NCBI GenBank assembly: GCA_965223795.1
Contig: CBDCXL010000002.1
Location: 2,308,030 to 2,372,029, forward strand
Direction: 5' to 3'
DNA from: Nitrospinales bacterium
Lineage (GTDB): Bacteria > Nitrospinota > Nitrospinia > Nitrospinales > VA-1
Length of the DNA: 64,000 nucleotides
Shown: positions 37,826 through 47,128 of the stretch, one piece after another
Layout: each line of letters starts with the position of its first letter
Position numbering within the stretch: the stretch's first letter is position 1
Made by a program: the position numbers and the translations under genes
The notes under the pieces: model-generated
Database searches by the model: none
The model's input: only the letters and a program-made list of their open reading frames with translations
Told to the model about the DNA's origin: nothing

Positions 37826-38563
37826 TTAGCGCCGCCAGTCTTTTTGCGCGACATGGGCGTTGCATTTCGCCAGCTCGGGATGGGCGTTGAGATAAGCGAG
37901 AACCTGCTCCAAATTGACGGTTTCGCCGGCGGGGTGGAAGAAACGCTCATGGATTGTTTGCATGAGGGTGACGTCTTCCTGCGTGTCCACGGTCAGTCGA
38001 AACGGCTGGTCCTTCAGATAAAGCGGAGCCGGCAGGTGGGCGATGCGGAAGGCATCGGGATGGTCCCTGAAATAGGTGGTGACGTGTTCCCGGTGCGCGG
38101 GAAGCGTCGTGCTTGCGGCGATCCGCTGCAACGCGGCAAGCCGGACGACCTCGGTGCCGGTGCCCAGAGGGATCGCATCGGGAGTGACGGTGTGATCGGC
38201 GTTGCTTTTAATATGCAGGTTTAACAGGGATTGCAGGAGGTTTATGTCGAACAGGGGATTGTCGCCGCAGACGCGGACCACATGCCCGGCGTTTACCGAT
38301 TGTGCCGCCATCAGGAAACGCGCCAGCACATCCTCCTCCGGACCCTGGATGAAACCGATGTCATATTTTTTTGCGGTTTTGGCGAGCGGTTTGTCCTTCG
38401 CCCCCTCGGGCGCGGCGAGGACGATGGCGCCGATCCCGTTCACCCGCTTGAGGCGTTTGATGATATGCTCGATCAGCGGCACGCCCGCCAGCGGCAGCAT
38501 CACTTTTCCCGGATAGCGGGTGGAGCCCATTCTGGCCTGGATGACGGCGGCGGTTCGGGTCAT
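37826..38563 (-). CDS. SpsF/NeuA-like cytidylyltransferase family protein (CTP_transf_3)
   Basis: The N-terminus AAVIQARMGSTRYPGKVMLPLAGVPLIEHIIKRL is typical of acylneuraminate-type cytidylyltransferase / SpsF proteins. Confidence 0.85.
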   Translation of the reverse strand: MTRTAAVIQARMGSTRYPGKVMLPLAGVPLIEHIIKRLKRVNGIGAIVLAAPEGAKDKPLAKTAKKYDIGFIQGPEEDVLARFLMAAQSVNAGHVVRVCGDNPLFDINLLQSLLNLHIKSNADHTVTPDAIPLGTGTEVVRLAALQRIAASTTLPAHREHVTTYFRDHPDAFRIAHLPAPLYLKDQPFRLTVDTQEDVTLMQTIHERFFHPAGETVNLEQVLAYLNAHPELAKCNAHVAQKDWRR

Positions 38564-38626
38564 GGCGCGGGTTGAAAGGCGTTCAAGGACAACACACCCA
38601 TTGTAGCGGTTCGATCACAAATTGTA

Positions 38627-39547
38627 ATGGCGAAACTCATACAGCCCGCGCGGCTTAAAAAAGGCGACATGGTAGGCGTGGTGGCTCCGGCGGGCCCGGT
38701 GGAACCGGACCTGCTGGAAAAGGGCATGCAGGCGCTCAAACGCATGGGCTTCACGCCCCGGCCCGGCGTGCATCTGCTGGATCGAAGGCGCTACCTCGCG
38801 GGCGACGATGCGGCGCGCGCCGCAGACCTGATGGCGATGTTCGAAGACCCGGCCGTCAAGGGGATCGTGTGCGCGCGCGGCGGCTACGGCGTCAACCGCA
38901 TCCTGCCGCTGCTCGATAAAAAGGTCATCCGCAAAAACCCGAAAATCGTCGTCGGCGCCAGCGACGGCACGCTGCTGCTTTTGTATCTGGTGCAGAAATG
39001 CGGGCTGGTGGCGTTTCACGGCCCGATGGTGGCGGGCAATTTCGGCGCCCATCCCATGAGCAAAACCAAAGGCCAGTTTCAGGATCTGTTGAGCGGCAGG
39101 GCGGCGGCGAAAAAGCTGAAATTCCCCCGCGGCCGGGTGTTGTTTGAGGGCACCGCTTCGGGGCCGGTGACAGGCGGCTGCCTGACGCTGTTGTGCCGGT
39201 CGCTTAGGACCCCGTATGAGATCGAGACGAAAAACCGCATTCTCTTGATCGAAGATGTGAACGAAGCGCCGTACCGGATCGACGGCATGCTGTGGCAGCT
39301 CAAGCAAGCGGGGAAACTGCGCGGCGTCCGCGGCGTCGTTCTGGGGGAAATGGTGGGCTGCGCCACGTCACCCAAAACCAGACGCTGGCTGGAAGAGGGA
39401 TTTAAAGAAGTGTTCGAGGGCGTTCCCGGTCCCGTGGTGTGGAACGCGCCCATCGGTCATGGCAAGGAGATGTGGACCCTGCCTCTGGGTGTCGAGGCGG
39501 CGCTCACGGTGGACGGCATCCGGTTTTCGCACTGCGGCGTGGCCTGA
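38627..39547 (+). CDS. ldcA: LD-carboxypeptidase (muramoyltetrapeptide carboxypeptidase, peptidase S66)
   Basis: LKKGDMVGVVAPAGPV...YLAGDDAARAADLMAMFEDPAVKGIVCARGGYG...GASDGT...FGHG-like IGHG supports the call. Confidence 0.9.
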   Translation: MAKLIQPARLKKGDMVGVVAPAGPVEPDLLEKGMQALKRMGFTPRPGVHLLDRRRYLAGDDAARAADLMAMFEDPAVKGIVCARGGYGVNRILPLLDKKVIRKNPKIVVGASDGTLLLLYLVQKCGLVAFHGPMVAGNFGAHPMSKTKGQFQDLLSGRAAAKKLKFPRGRVLFEGTASGPVTGGCLTLLCRSLRTPYEIETKNRILLIEDVNEAPYRIDGMLWQLKQAGKLRGVRGVVLGEMVGCATSPKTRRWLEEGFKEVFEGVPGPVVWNAPIGHGKEMWTLPLGVEAALTVDGIRFSHCGVA

Positions 39548-39618
39548 TCGTGCTTTAAGTAATACCTGAAGCGGCGGGGTGATACCGGTTTTGCTAAAAG
39601 AGGTTGCCGCTTTGCTTT

Positions 39619-40455
39619 TTAGATCCGCACGACGATGCCGCGGGACTTGAGATAGTTCTTGGTCTCGGCGATGGTGAATTCCTTGAAGTGGAAGATCGAG
39701 GCGGCGAGCACCGCGTCGGCCTTGCCGGAGACGATGCCTTCATAAAGGTGCTCCAGCGTGCCCGCACCGCCGGAGGCGATGACCGGAATGGTGACCGCTT
39801 CGGACAGGGTGCGGTTCAGCTCCAGATCGTAGCCTTCCTTGGTGCCGTCCCGGTCCATGCTGGTCAGCAGGATCTCGCCCGCGCCATAGATTTCCATCTG
39901 CTTTGCCCAGCGTTCGGCGTGGATGCCGGTGGGGTTGCGGCCGCCGTGCGTGAACACCTGCCAGGCGGGCAGGCGGTCCTCCGCGTGAAAGAACAGCTCC
40001 GGGTGGCGGTCGTGCCAGGGGAACGGCGTGTCCGGCAGCGCGGGCGCGCCGGAAACCTGTTTGGCGTCGATGGCGACGACGATGCACTGGCTGCCGAATT
40101 TCCGCGCCGCCTCGCCGACGAAATCGGGATCGTGGACCGCGGCGGTGTTGATCGCCACTTTGTCGGCGCCCGCCTTGAGCAGGTTGCGGATGTCCTCCAG
40201 CGTGCGCACGCCGCCGCCCACGGTCAGCGGCATGAACACCTTTTCGGCGGTGCGCCGCACGACGTCGAGGATGATGTCGCGTTTTTCGTGCGAGGCGGTG
40301 ATGTCGAGAAAGGTCAGCTCGTCGGCGCCTTCGGTCTCGTAGGCGTGGGCGATCTCCACGGGGTCGCCGGCGTCGCGCAGGTTCACGAAGTTGACGCCCT
40401 TGACCACCCGGCCGTCCTTGACGTCGAGGCAGGGGATGATGCGTTTAGCCAGCAT
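39619..40455 (-). CDS. hisF: Imidazole glycerol phosphate synthase cyclase subunit
   Basis: I chose ATG at 40455 ([23 protein letters not shown]...). The sequence then continues LTVGGGVR...[13 protein letters not shown]...IASGGAG. An extra segment of ~25-30 aa sits after AIDAKQVSG. Confidence 0.95.
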   Translation of the reverse strand: MLAKRIIPCLDVKDGRVVKGVNFVNLRDAGDPVEIAHAYETEGADELTFLDITASHEKRDIILDVVRRTAEKVFMPLTVGGGVRTLEDIRNLLKAGADKVAINTAAVHDPDFVGEAARKFGSQCIVVAIDAKQVSGAPALPDTPFPWHDRHPELFFHAEDRLPAWQVFTHGGRNPTGIHAERWAKQMEIYGAGEILLTSMDRDGTKEGYDLELNRTLSEAVTIPVIASGGAGTLEHLYEGIVSGKADAVLAASIFHFKEFTIAETKNYLKSRGIVVRI

Positions 40456-41179
40456 CGCTTTCAACCAGTCTGCGCGCGTCGCGGTAGGAAATGCTTTTGT
40501 CGTAAAGGGCTTTGCCGGTGATGACGCCAACGACGCCCACCGGTTCCAGCGCGATCAGATCCTCGATGTCCTTCAGCGTGCCGACGCCGCCCGAGGCGAT
40601 CACGGGCACGGAAGTGGATTCGGCGAAGGCGCGCACGCTGTTCAGATTGGGGCCTTCGAGCATGCCGTCGCGGCCGATGTCGGTGAAGATGAATTCGGCG
40701 ACGCCCAGCGGCTGCATGCGCGCGGCGAGGTCGCTGGCTTTTTCGCCGGAAACCTCGACCCAGCCTTTGACGGCGACAAACCCGTCTTTGGCGTCGATGC
40801 CGACGGTGATCTTCCCCGGAAACCGCTTGCAGGCGTCCTCCACGAATTTCGGGTCCTTTTGCGCCACGGTGCCCAGGATGACGCGGTACGCGCCGGCGTT
40901 GACGTAGGTTTCGATGGCTTTCATCGTGCGGATGCCGCCGCCGACCTGGATGTCCACGGAGCTGTTGTAGATGATGTTTTTGACCAGTTCGGCGTTTTTG
41001 GGGATGCCGTCGAACGCGCCGTCCAGATCCACCACGTGGATGAGGCGCGCGCCTTCTTCGTCCCAGTGGGAGGCCATGGCCAGCGGGTCCTCGGAATACA
41101 CGGTTTCCTGGTCCGCTCTTCCCTGGGTCAGGCGGACGCAGCGGCCGTTTTTGATGTCGACTGCGGGGATGATTTTCAT
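40445..41179 (-). CDS. hisA: ProFAR isomerase
   Basis: [20 protein letters not shown]...HVVDLDGA...QVGGGIR...[14 protein letters not shown]...IASGGV supports the call. Confidence 0.95.
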   Translation of the reverse strand: MKIIPAVDIKNGRCVRLTQGRADQETVYSEDPLAMASHWDEEGARLIHVVDLDGAFDGIPKNAELVKNIIYNSSVDIQVGGGIRTMKAIETYVNAGAYRVILGTVAQKDPKFVEDACKRFPGKITVGIDAKDGFVAVKGWVEVSGEKASDLAARMQPLGVAEFIFTDIGRDGMLEGPNLNSVRAFAESTSVPVIASGGVGTLKDIEDLIALEPVGVVGVITGKALYDKSISYRDARRLVESDAG

Positions 41180-41402
41180 GCTCGTGTCCTGATTGCGGCG
41201 GCCGGAAATCCTGCCGCCGGGTCCATTCTAGCAGATCGGCGGACGATTCTAACAGATCGGGCGGCGATTGACGAATCAGGATGTTCGGGGAAACGACCGT
41301 TGCGGCCGCGTCGCCATGCTTCGACAGGCTCAGCATGACAGGCTGGAAACGGATGCAAGCATTCCGTGCATTTGCCGGTCCGTTTCGGCGGGGAGATAAG
41401 GG

Positions 41403-41431
41403 TTTACTCGCTTTCGGGGAGTGACTATAAT
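41403..41431 (+). promoter_or_regulatory. Sigma-70-like promoter candidate for the O-antigen-ligase-family gene
   Basis: TTTACT-N17-TATAAT lies ~90 nt upstream of ATG at 41520. Confidence 0.4.
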
Positions 41432-41519
41432 CCGTGCGGGTTTGAACCCGGAAGCGTCCTTTCATGTTTCTAAAACGCTGTCGCAAACGGACAGCCGTTG
41501 ACCGACCCCCCGGATCACT

Positions 41520-42689
41520 ATGGAGCGAATCCTGCCGGCCCTGGACCGGACAATCGCCATCTGCCTGATGGTGTTTGCGGTTGCCTCGCAGTTTTCCATC
41601 AGCGTCACGCAGATCGCGTTCGCCGTGGGCACGCTGGCCTGGCTGATCAAAACCGGCCTGACCAAGGAGTGGCAGGCGGTGCGCTGGCCGCTGTGGATGC
41701 CGTTCGCCGCCTACTGCCTGGCGGCGGTGCTTGCGGTGGCGCTGGCGTACGATCCCGCCTACAGCGTGAAATCGCTCAAGAAACTGCCGCAGATCCTGAT
41801 CTTTTTCTGGGTGCTCAACAGCATCCGCGACGCGCGGCAGCGGGATTTTCTGGTTCTGCTTTTGATCGGCTCGGCTTCGGCGGCGGCGCTGTACGGGTTT
41901 TACCAGTCTCTGATGACGGAGGTGACGCTGGCAACGCGCGTCGCCGGCACGATGAGCATCTACATGACCTTCGCCGGGCTTTTGATGCTCACCGGATTGC
42001 TGGCGGCCGGGCGGCTGCTGTTCAAGGAACCGAGAGAACCCTGGCTGGCTCTGGCGGTGGCGGTGATCCTCGTCTGCCTGCTTTTGACGCTGACGCGTCA
42101 GGCCTGGCTGGGATTCTGCGCCGGGGCGGTGTTTCTGGTGTATTTCTGGCGAAGGATCTGGCTCTGGGCCATTCCGGTGACGCTGGCGCTGGCGTTTGTG
42201 CTGTCGCCGCCGGCGGTGAAGCAGCGCATTCTGTCGATGACGGACCTTTCGGACTGGACGGTGCAGTCGCGCCTGGCCCTGTGGCGGGGCGGCGTCGCGG
42301 TGGTGAAGGATTATCCGGTCACCGGCTGCGGCTTCCGCTGCATGGATCTGGTGCATCCCAACTACCCCGACCCGACGGGCTACATCGCCACGTACCGGGG
42401 CATGCACAACAACGCGGTGCAGGTGGCGGTGGACACCGGACTGCTGGGGCTGACCGCCTGGCTCAGCATCTGGGCGGCGTATTACTGGAATCTTTTCCGG
42501 CGGCAAAGGGACGGTGTATTTGACGCCGCTTCACGCTGGGTGGTGATGGGCAGCGCGGCGGCGGTGACGGGATTTCTGGCGGGCGGGATGTTCGAGGTGA
42601 ATTTTTACGATTCGGAGGTGGTCATGGTGCTGTATTTCATCCTGGCGCTGCCGTTTGCGGCCGGGAATGGCAAACAGGCGCTAGCGTGA
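41520..42689 (+). CDS. O-antigen ligase / Wzy_C-family polytopic membrane protein
   Basis: 389 aa with ~10 hydrophobic segments. LLLTLTRQAWLGF is the typical Wzy_C core. Confidence 0.8.
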   Translation: MERILPALDRTIAICLMVFAVASQFSISVTQIAFAVGTLAWLIKTGLTKEWQAVRWPLWMPFAAYCLAAVLAVALAYDPAYSVKSLKKLPQILIFFWVLNSIRDARQRDFLVLLLIGSASAAALYGFYQSLMTEVTLATRVAGTMSIYMTFAGLLMLTGLLAAGRLLFKEPREPWLALAVAVILVCLLLTLTRQAWLGFCAGAVFLVYFWRRIWLWAIPVTLALAFVLSPPAVKQRILSMTDLSDWTVQSRLALWRGGVAVVKDYPVTGCGFRCMDLVHPNYPDPTGYIATYRGMHNNAVQVAVDTGLLGLTAWLSIWAAYYWNLFRRQRDGVFDAASRWVVMGSAAAVTGFLAGGMFEVNFYDSEVVMVLYFILALPFAAGNGKQALA

Positions 42690-42698
42690 CGGACGCGG

Positions 42699-42890
42699 TC
42701 ACGAGGATTTGCGGCGGGGACGGGTGGAACCGAACCGCTCGAAAAACTTCGGGTGCTTTTTGAGCTTTTCTTTTGCCTCGGCCACTTCCTTGCGGATGGT
42801 TTCGGCGTCGCTGCCGGGAAAACGGGTTTCTCCAAAACTCGCGAAGATGGGAAACTCGGTTTTGCTGAATTTCGCTTGTACGAGGGACAT
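42699..42890 (-). CDS. Small basic hypothetical protein (63 aa)
   Basis: ATG at 42890 sits behind AGGAGA (MSLVQAKFSKTEFPIFASFGETRFPG...). There is no recognisable domain. Confidence 0.45.
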   Translation of the reverse strand: MSLVQAKFSKTEFPIFASFGETRFPGSDAETIRKEVAEAKEKLKKHPKFFERFGSTRPRRKSS

Positions 42891-43207
42891 GTTGCGTATC
42901 TCCTTTTTCCTGCCTTTTCGGGGGTTTGCCGTTTCCGGGTTCGGCTGCGGTTTCAAATTCGGCTCCGAAATTGCGTGATATAGAAACTTTCCTTTGTTTT
43001 CTATTACTTATCGAGATTTTTTCAAAATCGCTTGAGCTTTTTTTTCATTCTTCCGGGCCGAAAAGGGGTTCACCGTTGAAATTCTGCCATTTATCGCTAA
43101 AATCGGGCGTCGGGCGGAAAATCGCCCGATTTTAGTCAAAACCGCTGTTTTTTAGGCATTAATCTCTTGTTGTCCCTTTTAAAGACTGTGATTGCGACGA
43201 AGCGACC

Positions 43208-43735
43208 ATGAACGTGACCGCGACAGAAATCGAGGGGGTGTTCCTCATCGAGCCCAAGGTGCACAGCGACGCCCGGGGCCTGTTTTTTGAAAGCTATGTG
43301 AGGAAAAACTACGCCGATCACGGAATCGACGCCGAATTCGTGCAGGACAACCATTCGGTTTCCCGCAAGGGGGCGCTGCGCGGACTGCATTTTCAGGAGA
43401 ACCCCGGCCAGGCGAAGCTCGTGCGGGTGGGCCGGGGAGAGGTGTTCGATGTGGCGGTGGATGTGCGCAAAGGCTCGCCCACCTTCGGCCGCTGGGTGGG
43501 AGCGCGGCTTTCGGAGAGCAACCACCTGCAGATGTACATCCCGGCGGGATTCGCGCACGGGTTCTGTGTGCTGAGCGAATCGGCGCTGTTTCTGTACAAA
43601 TGTTCGGATTACTATTCCCCGCAACGGGAGCGCGGCGTGCTGTGGAACGACCCCGACATCGGCATCGAATGGCCGATCGCAGACCCGATCCTGTCGGAAA
43701 AAGACAAAACCCTGCCTCGCCTCAAGGACCTGTGA
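43208..43735 (+). CDS. rfbC: dTDP-4-dehydrorhamnose 3,5-epimerase
   Basis: IEGVFLIEPKVHSDARGLFFESY...RGLHFQ...KLVRVGRGEVFDVAVDVRKGSPTFG...IPAGFAHGF supports the call. Confidence 0.95.
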   Translation: MNVTATEIEGVFLIEPKVHSDARGLFFESYVRKNYADHGIDAEFVQDNHSVSRKGALRGLHFQENPGQAKLVRVGRGEVFDVAVDVRKGSPTFGRWVGARLSESNHLQMYIPAGFAHGFCVLSESALFLYKCSDYYSPQRERGVLWNDPDIGIEWPIADPILSEKDKTLPRLKDL

Positions 43736-43840
43736 TTTTCCCGCGAAATTTTTTCCCGCCGTTTCTCCGCTTGCCCTTTCAACACGCTAAATCCTGAATT
43801 AAAAAGGGCTTGAACTTGAGCCCCGCGCCTGAATTCCGCT

Positions 43841-43867
43841 TAATGTTTATGCAGGTAATGCCGATAA
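43841..43867 (+). promoter_or_regulatory. Sigma-28-type promoter candidate upstream of ORF 43893..44693
   Basis: TAATGTTT-ATGCAGGTAAT-GCCGATAA differs from the consensus TAAAGTTT-N11-GCCGATAA by one mismatch. It lies 25-50 nt upstream of the candidate starts. Confidence 0.65.
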
Positions 43868-43892
43868 AGTCCATAGCAGGGATCTTAAGGGA

Positions 43893-44693
43893 GTGACTGA
43901 TAAGGCGCAGCGGATCATGGCGATTTCAGAATTGAACCCAGTCCAATCCATTCTTTCCAGGCGCAGTTTCGCCTCTGCGATCGACGTTGCCTTCACGACC
44001 GGCCTGACGCTCAAAACCGACGAAGGGGATCAGGTCCGGCTTTCCTTTGAAAACCAGAGTTCCCTGGCCGAATCGGAATCCGAAACCCAATACGCCGACG
44101 GCAGCGCCGTGAAGGAGTTTTCCTCGGTGGCGGTGGCGGCGTACCGCTATTCGCTGTCGGTGGAGGGGGATCTGAATCAGGAAGAGCTGGATGCGATCCA
44201 GTCGCTGGTCCAGGAAATCGCGCCCATCGCGCGGCAGTTCTTCGCACGCGCGGAATTCGACATTGAAAAGGCGACCGAGGCGCTGAGCGGATCTCTGGGC
44301 GTCATCGAAGAGGTGGAACTCGCTTTAGAGCGGGTGATCACCGCGACCTTTTCCTCCCGCAGCGTCACAAACGGCGCGGCCGAGCCGGTTCCCGGAGCGG
44401 AAATACCGGCTGTGTCGTCCGAAAGCGAAGCGCCGGTGGATGCGGCGCAGATCCGCGATCTGCCTTCGCTGATTCTGGCCGCCACGGCATCCGAATTCGA
44501 GGCGCAGGCCGCCAAGCTGCCGCCGAAAGCGCCGATACTGCGTTCGCTGAACGACCTGATGAGTTTCCTGAGAGACCAGCTGGCGCAGTTTCTCGCTCCG
44601 CTGAAGCACTTCTCGCAGCCCGCGCCGGACAGCGTGCCGCAGAGCGAAGTTCCCGCCGCCTCCGGACAGGAAAATCCCGAACCGCAGTCCTGA
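43893..44693 (+). CDS. Acidic hypothetical protein, candidate sigma-28 regulon member
   Basis: Track ORF with GTG at 43893; ATG at 43917 (MAISELNPVQ...) is an alternative. There is no transmembrane segment or signal peptide and no motif I recognise. The protein is rich in A, S and E. Confidence 0.6.
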   Translation: MTDKAQRIMAISELNPVQSILSRRSFASAIDVAFTTGLTLKTDEGDQVRLSFENQSSLAESESETQYADGSAVKEFSSVAVAAYRYSLSVEGDLNQEELDAIQSLVQEIAPIARQFFARAEFDIEKATEALSGSLGVIEEVELALERVITATFSSRSVTNGAAEPVPGAEIPAVSSESEAPVDAAQIRDLPSLILAATASEFEAQAAKLPPKAPILRSLNDLMSFLRDQLAQFLAPLKHFSQPAPDSVPQSEVPAASGQENPEPQS

Positions 44694-44771
44694 TCACTCA
44701 CTTTTCCAACTGAACATTCAATAGAAGAAAAAGCCGGTCGTGCCCGGCGCTCGTTGCTTTTTGGGTGTGGG

Positions 44772-45530
44772 TCAGGGCATCAGTGCGCCGCCGTTGGGGT
44801 CGAAGGTCTGACCGGTGAAGGCGGTGGTCTCTTCGGCCATGAGAAAGCCGGTGAGCCGGGCGACGTCGGTGGGCTCGGACATTTTGCCCAGCGGCACTTC
44901 GCTCATGGCCCGCTGGTAGGCTTCTTCCTTGCTGATGTCGAACACCCGCGCCATGCCTTCCAGCCCCTGGTGCGCCATCGCCGTGTCCACCCAGCCGGGA
45001 CAGATGGCGTTGACGAGGATGTTCTGCGCGGCGAGCTCGGCGGCGAAGGCGCGCATGAGTCCCAGCATTCCGGCTTTCGAGGCGCAATAGCCCGTGTAGG
45101 CGGGGACGCCGAGCCGCGCCAGGATGGAGGACATCAAAACGATTTTCCGGTACGGGGCGGGGTCTTTTTTCAGATAGGGCAGGCATTCCTGCACGGTGTG
45201 GTAGCTGCCGCTGAGGTTGATGTCGATGATCTCGTTCCAGCGGTCATCGGCGCCATAGTGGTTTTCCCCGCCCACTCCGGCGTTGGCCACGACGCCATAC
45301 AGGGATTCGATGCCGCTCGCGGTGAGCGCTTTGCGGATGGCTTGCGGATCGCGCACGTCGGCGGAGTGGCTCTGGTGGTGTTCCGGCTGTTTGAGCGATT
45401 TGCGCGTGGTCTCCAGGCGCGACGCATCGCGTCCCAATAGCAGGATGGAGAATCCCATCCCTGCAAGGTGGTGGGCGATGGCTTCGCCGATGCCGCTGCC
45501 GGCGCCGGTGACAACGATGGTTTTTGACAT
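44772..45530 (-). CDS. Short-chain dehydrogenase/reductase (FabG-like)
   Basis: TGAGSGIG is present, with NAG and YxxxK motifs (YCASKAG). Confidence 0.9.
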   Translation of the reverse strand: MSKTIVVTGAGSGIGEAIAHHLAGMGFSILLLGRDASRLETTRKSLKQPEHHQSHSADVRDPQAIRKALTASGIESLYGVVANAGVGGENHYGADDRWNEIIDINLSGSYHTVQECLPYLKKDPAPYRKIVLMSSILARLGVPAYTGYCASKAGMLGLMRAFAAELAAQNILVNAICPGWVDTAMAHQGLEGMARVFDISKEEAYQRAMSEVPLGKMSEPTDVARLTGFLMAEETTAFTGQTFDPNGGALMP

Positions 45531-45549
45531 GATCGGGTTGCGCTCGAGT

Positions 45550-46428
45550 TCAGGTGGAATGGGGGCTGAAGCTTTTGGGAGATTTCAGCAGGATGTTGAT
45601 GAACCGGGTGAGCTGCCGCGACTTTTCCAGTTCCTTGTTCTGATTGTAAATCATGATGAGGTTGTTCATCATGCGCACCAGCGTCTCCCGGTGCGTGGCC
45701 TGGGCAAGGAGGTGCTCCTCGAAGCGGTGGCCGAAATTTTCCACCCGCTGGATGCACTCGTCCCGGCTGAGAATCCGGCCCTGGTAAAAGGGGTCGAAGA
45801 ACACCGGATCCTTGGGCGCGTTGTATTTGGCGATGTAGTGGCCGGGCAGTCCGACGCCAACCAGCGGCAGCCTGAGCCGCTCGCCGATGAGGACGCACAG
45901 GGCCGAAAGCGTGATCGGAATGCCGGTTTTGTTTTCCAGGACCTTGTTGAAATAGGTGTTGTCCGGATCGAGAAAATGCTCCTGGTTGCCTTTAAACTCC
46001 ATTTCCTGAAACAGAAACCGGGTCACTTTCTCGACCACCTGAGCCGGCGTGTCCCCGGGCGTGAGATTGGAAGAAAGCTGGTGCGCCAAACGGTCCAGCC
46101 TGGCGGTCACCTCGGACGGATCGACGCCGGGATAGCCGAATTCCATGATGAGATGCACCCCTTTCTCCAGGTCGAGGTCGCCGGATCCTGCGGTGCGGCA
46201 AAGCTCGGTGAACCTGTTTGCGAGCTGGATGGGGAAGATGTCTTCGATCATCCTGCGCGCAATGACGCGGATTTCGGGCTTTTCGTTGTTGGCGGCGATC
46301 TCCAGAAACGGCAGCGCGTCCTCGCCGATCTGAAGCAGCTGCTCCTTCACTTTCGCGCGCACGAACGGGTCCGCATCGTCCATCAGGCGGATCAGGCTTG
46401 AGATTTTCTGGCGGCTTTCCTGTGTCAT
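45550..46428 (-). CDS. SirB1/transglutaminase-like family protein with N-terminal HEAT-like repeat
   Basis: DPDNTYFNKVLENKTGIPITLSALCVLIGERLRLPLVGVGLPGHYI is typical of the SirB1 N-terminal (Transglut_core2) family. Confidence 0.7.
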   Translation of the reverse strand: MTQESRQKISSLIRLMDDADPFVRAKVKEQLLQIGEDALPFLEIAANNEKPEIRVIARRMIEDIFPIQLANRFTELCRTAGSGDLDLEKGVHLIMEFGYPGVDPSEVTARLDRLAHQLSSNLTPGDTPAQVVEKVTRFLFQEMEFKGNQEHFLDPDNTYFNKVLENKTGIPITLSALCVLIGERLRLPLVGVGLPGHYIAKYNAPKDPVFFDPFYQGRILSRDECIQRVENFGHRFEEHLLAQATHRETLVRMMNNLIMIYNQNKELEKSRQLTRFINILLKSPKSFSPHST

Positions 46429-46492
46429 AGAAAATAAAAAAAGCCTGAACGGGCTTGGGCCGTCCAGGCTTTTTTGACGTGCCCTTAAAGGA

Positions 46493-47128
46493 TCAGAGAT
46501 TGGGTTGCGGCGTGGTCCTCAGGTACGGCTTGATGACCTTGTGCCCTTTCGGGAATTTTGCCGGAATGTCTTCCGTCTTGATCGCGGGGACCACCACGCA
46601 ATCGTCGCCGTGCTTCCAGTCCACCGGCGTCGCCACCTGGTAATTGGCGGTGAGCTGCAACGAATCGATGACACGCAGAATTTCATCGAAATTGCGGCCG
46701 GTGGACGCGGGATAGGTGAGCGACAATTTGACTTTTTTATCCGGACCGATGATGAACACCGTGCGGACGGTCAGGTTGTCGAGCGCGTTGGGATGGATCA
46801 TGTCGTACATGGTGGCGATTTTCCGTTCCGGGTCCGCGATGATCGGGTAGTTGACGGTGCAGCTCTGCGTCTCGTTGATGTCCTGAATCCAGCCTTTGTG
46901 GGAGTCGACCGGATCGACGCTCAGCGCGAGAACCTTGACCCCTCTTTTTTCGAATTCGCCTTTCAGGTTGGCCACACGGCCCAGCTCGGTGGTGCAGACC
47001 GGCGTGTAATCTTTCGGGTGGGAGAACAGAACACCCCAGCTGTCCCCCAGCCATTTGTGAAATTCAATGGTTCCTTCGGAACTCTCTGCGGTAAAATCGG
47101 GTGCGGTGTCGCCTAATCGGATAGCCAT
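46493..47128 (-). CDS. 1-Cys peroxiredoxin (Prx6 type)
   Basis: I chose ATG at 47128 (MAIRLGDTAPDFTAESSEGTIEFHKWLGDSWGVLFSHPKDYTPVCTTELG...). The upstream part of the track ORF is Arg-rich and looks noncoding. Confidence 0.95.
   Translation of the reverse strand: MAIRLGDTAPDFTAESSEGTIEFHKWLGDSWGVLFSHPKDYTPVCTTELGRVANLKGEFEKRGVKVLALSVDPVDSHKGWIQDINETQSCTVNYPIIADPERKIATMYDMIHPNALDNLTVRTVFIIGPDKKVKLSLTYPASTGRNFDEILRVIDSLQLTANYQVATPVDWKHGDDCVVVPAIKTEDIPAKFPKGHKVIKPYLRTTPQPNL

Noticed and set aside
40461-42506. Very long antisense or alternative-frame ORFs. Examples are the 681-aa ORF at 40461..42506, 479 aa at 2378..3817, 471 aa at 17957..19372, 434 aa at 27545..28849 and 429 aa at 8646..9935.
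   Set aside because: Their translations are Arg/Pro/Gly/His/Ala-rich with no motifs. They lie opposite or out of frame to genes with clear homology-type signatures (hisA, serA, the antiporter, the GldG-like gene, the histidine kinase). They are typical shadow ORFs of GC-rich DNA.
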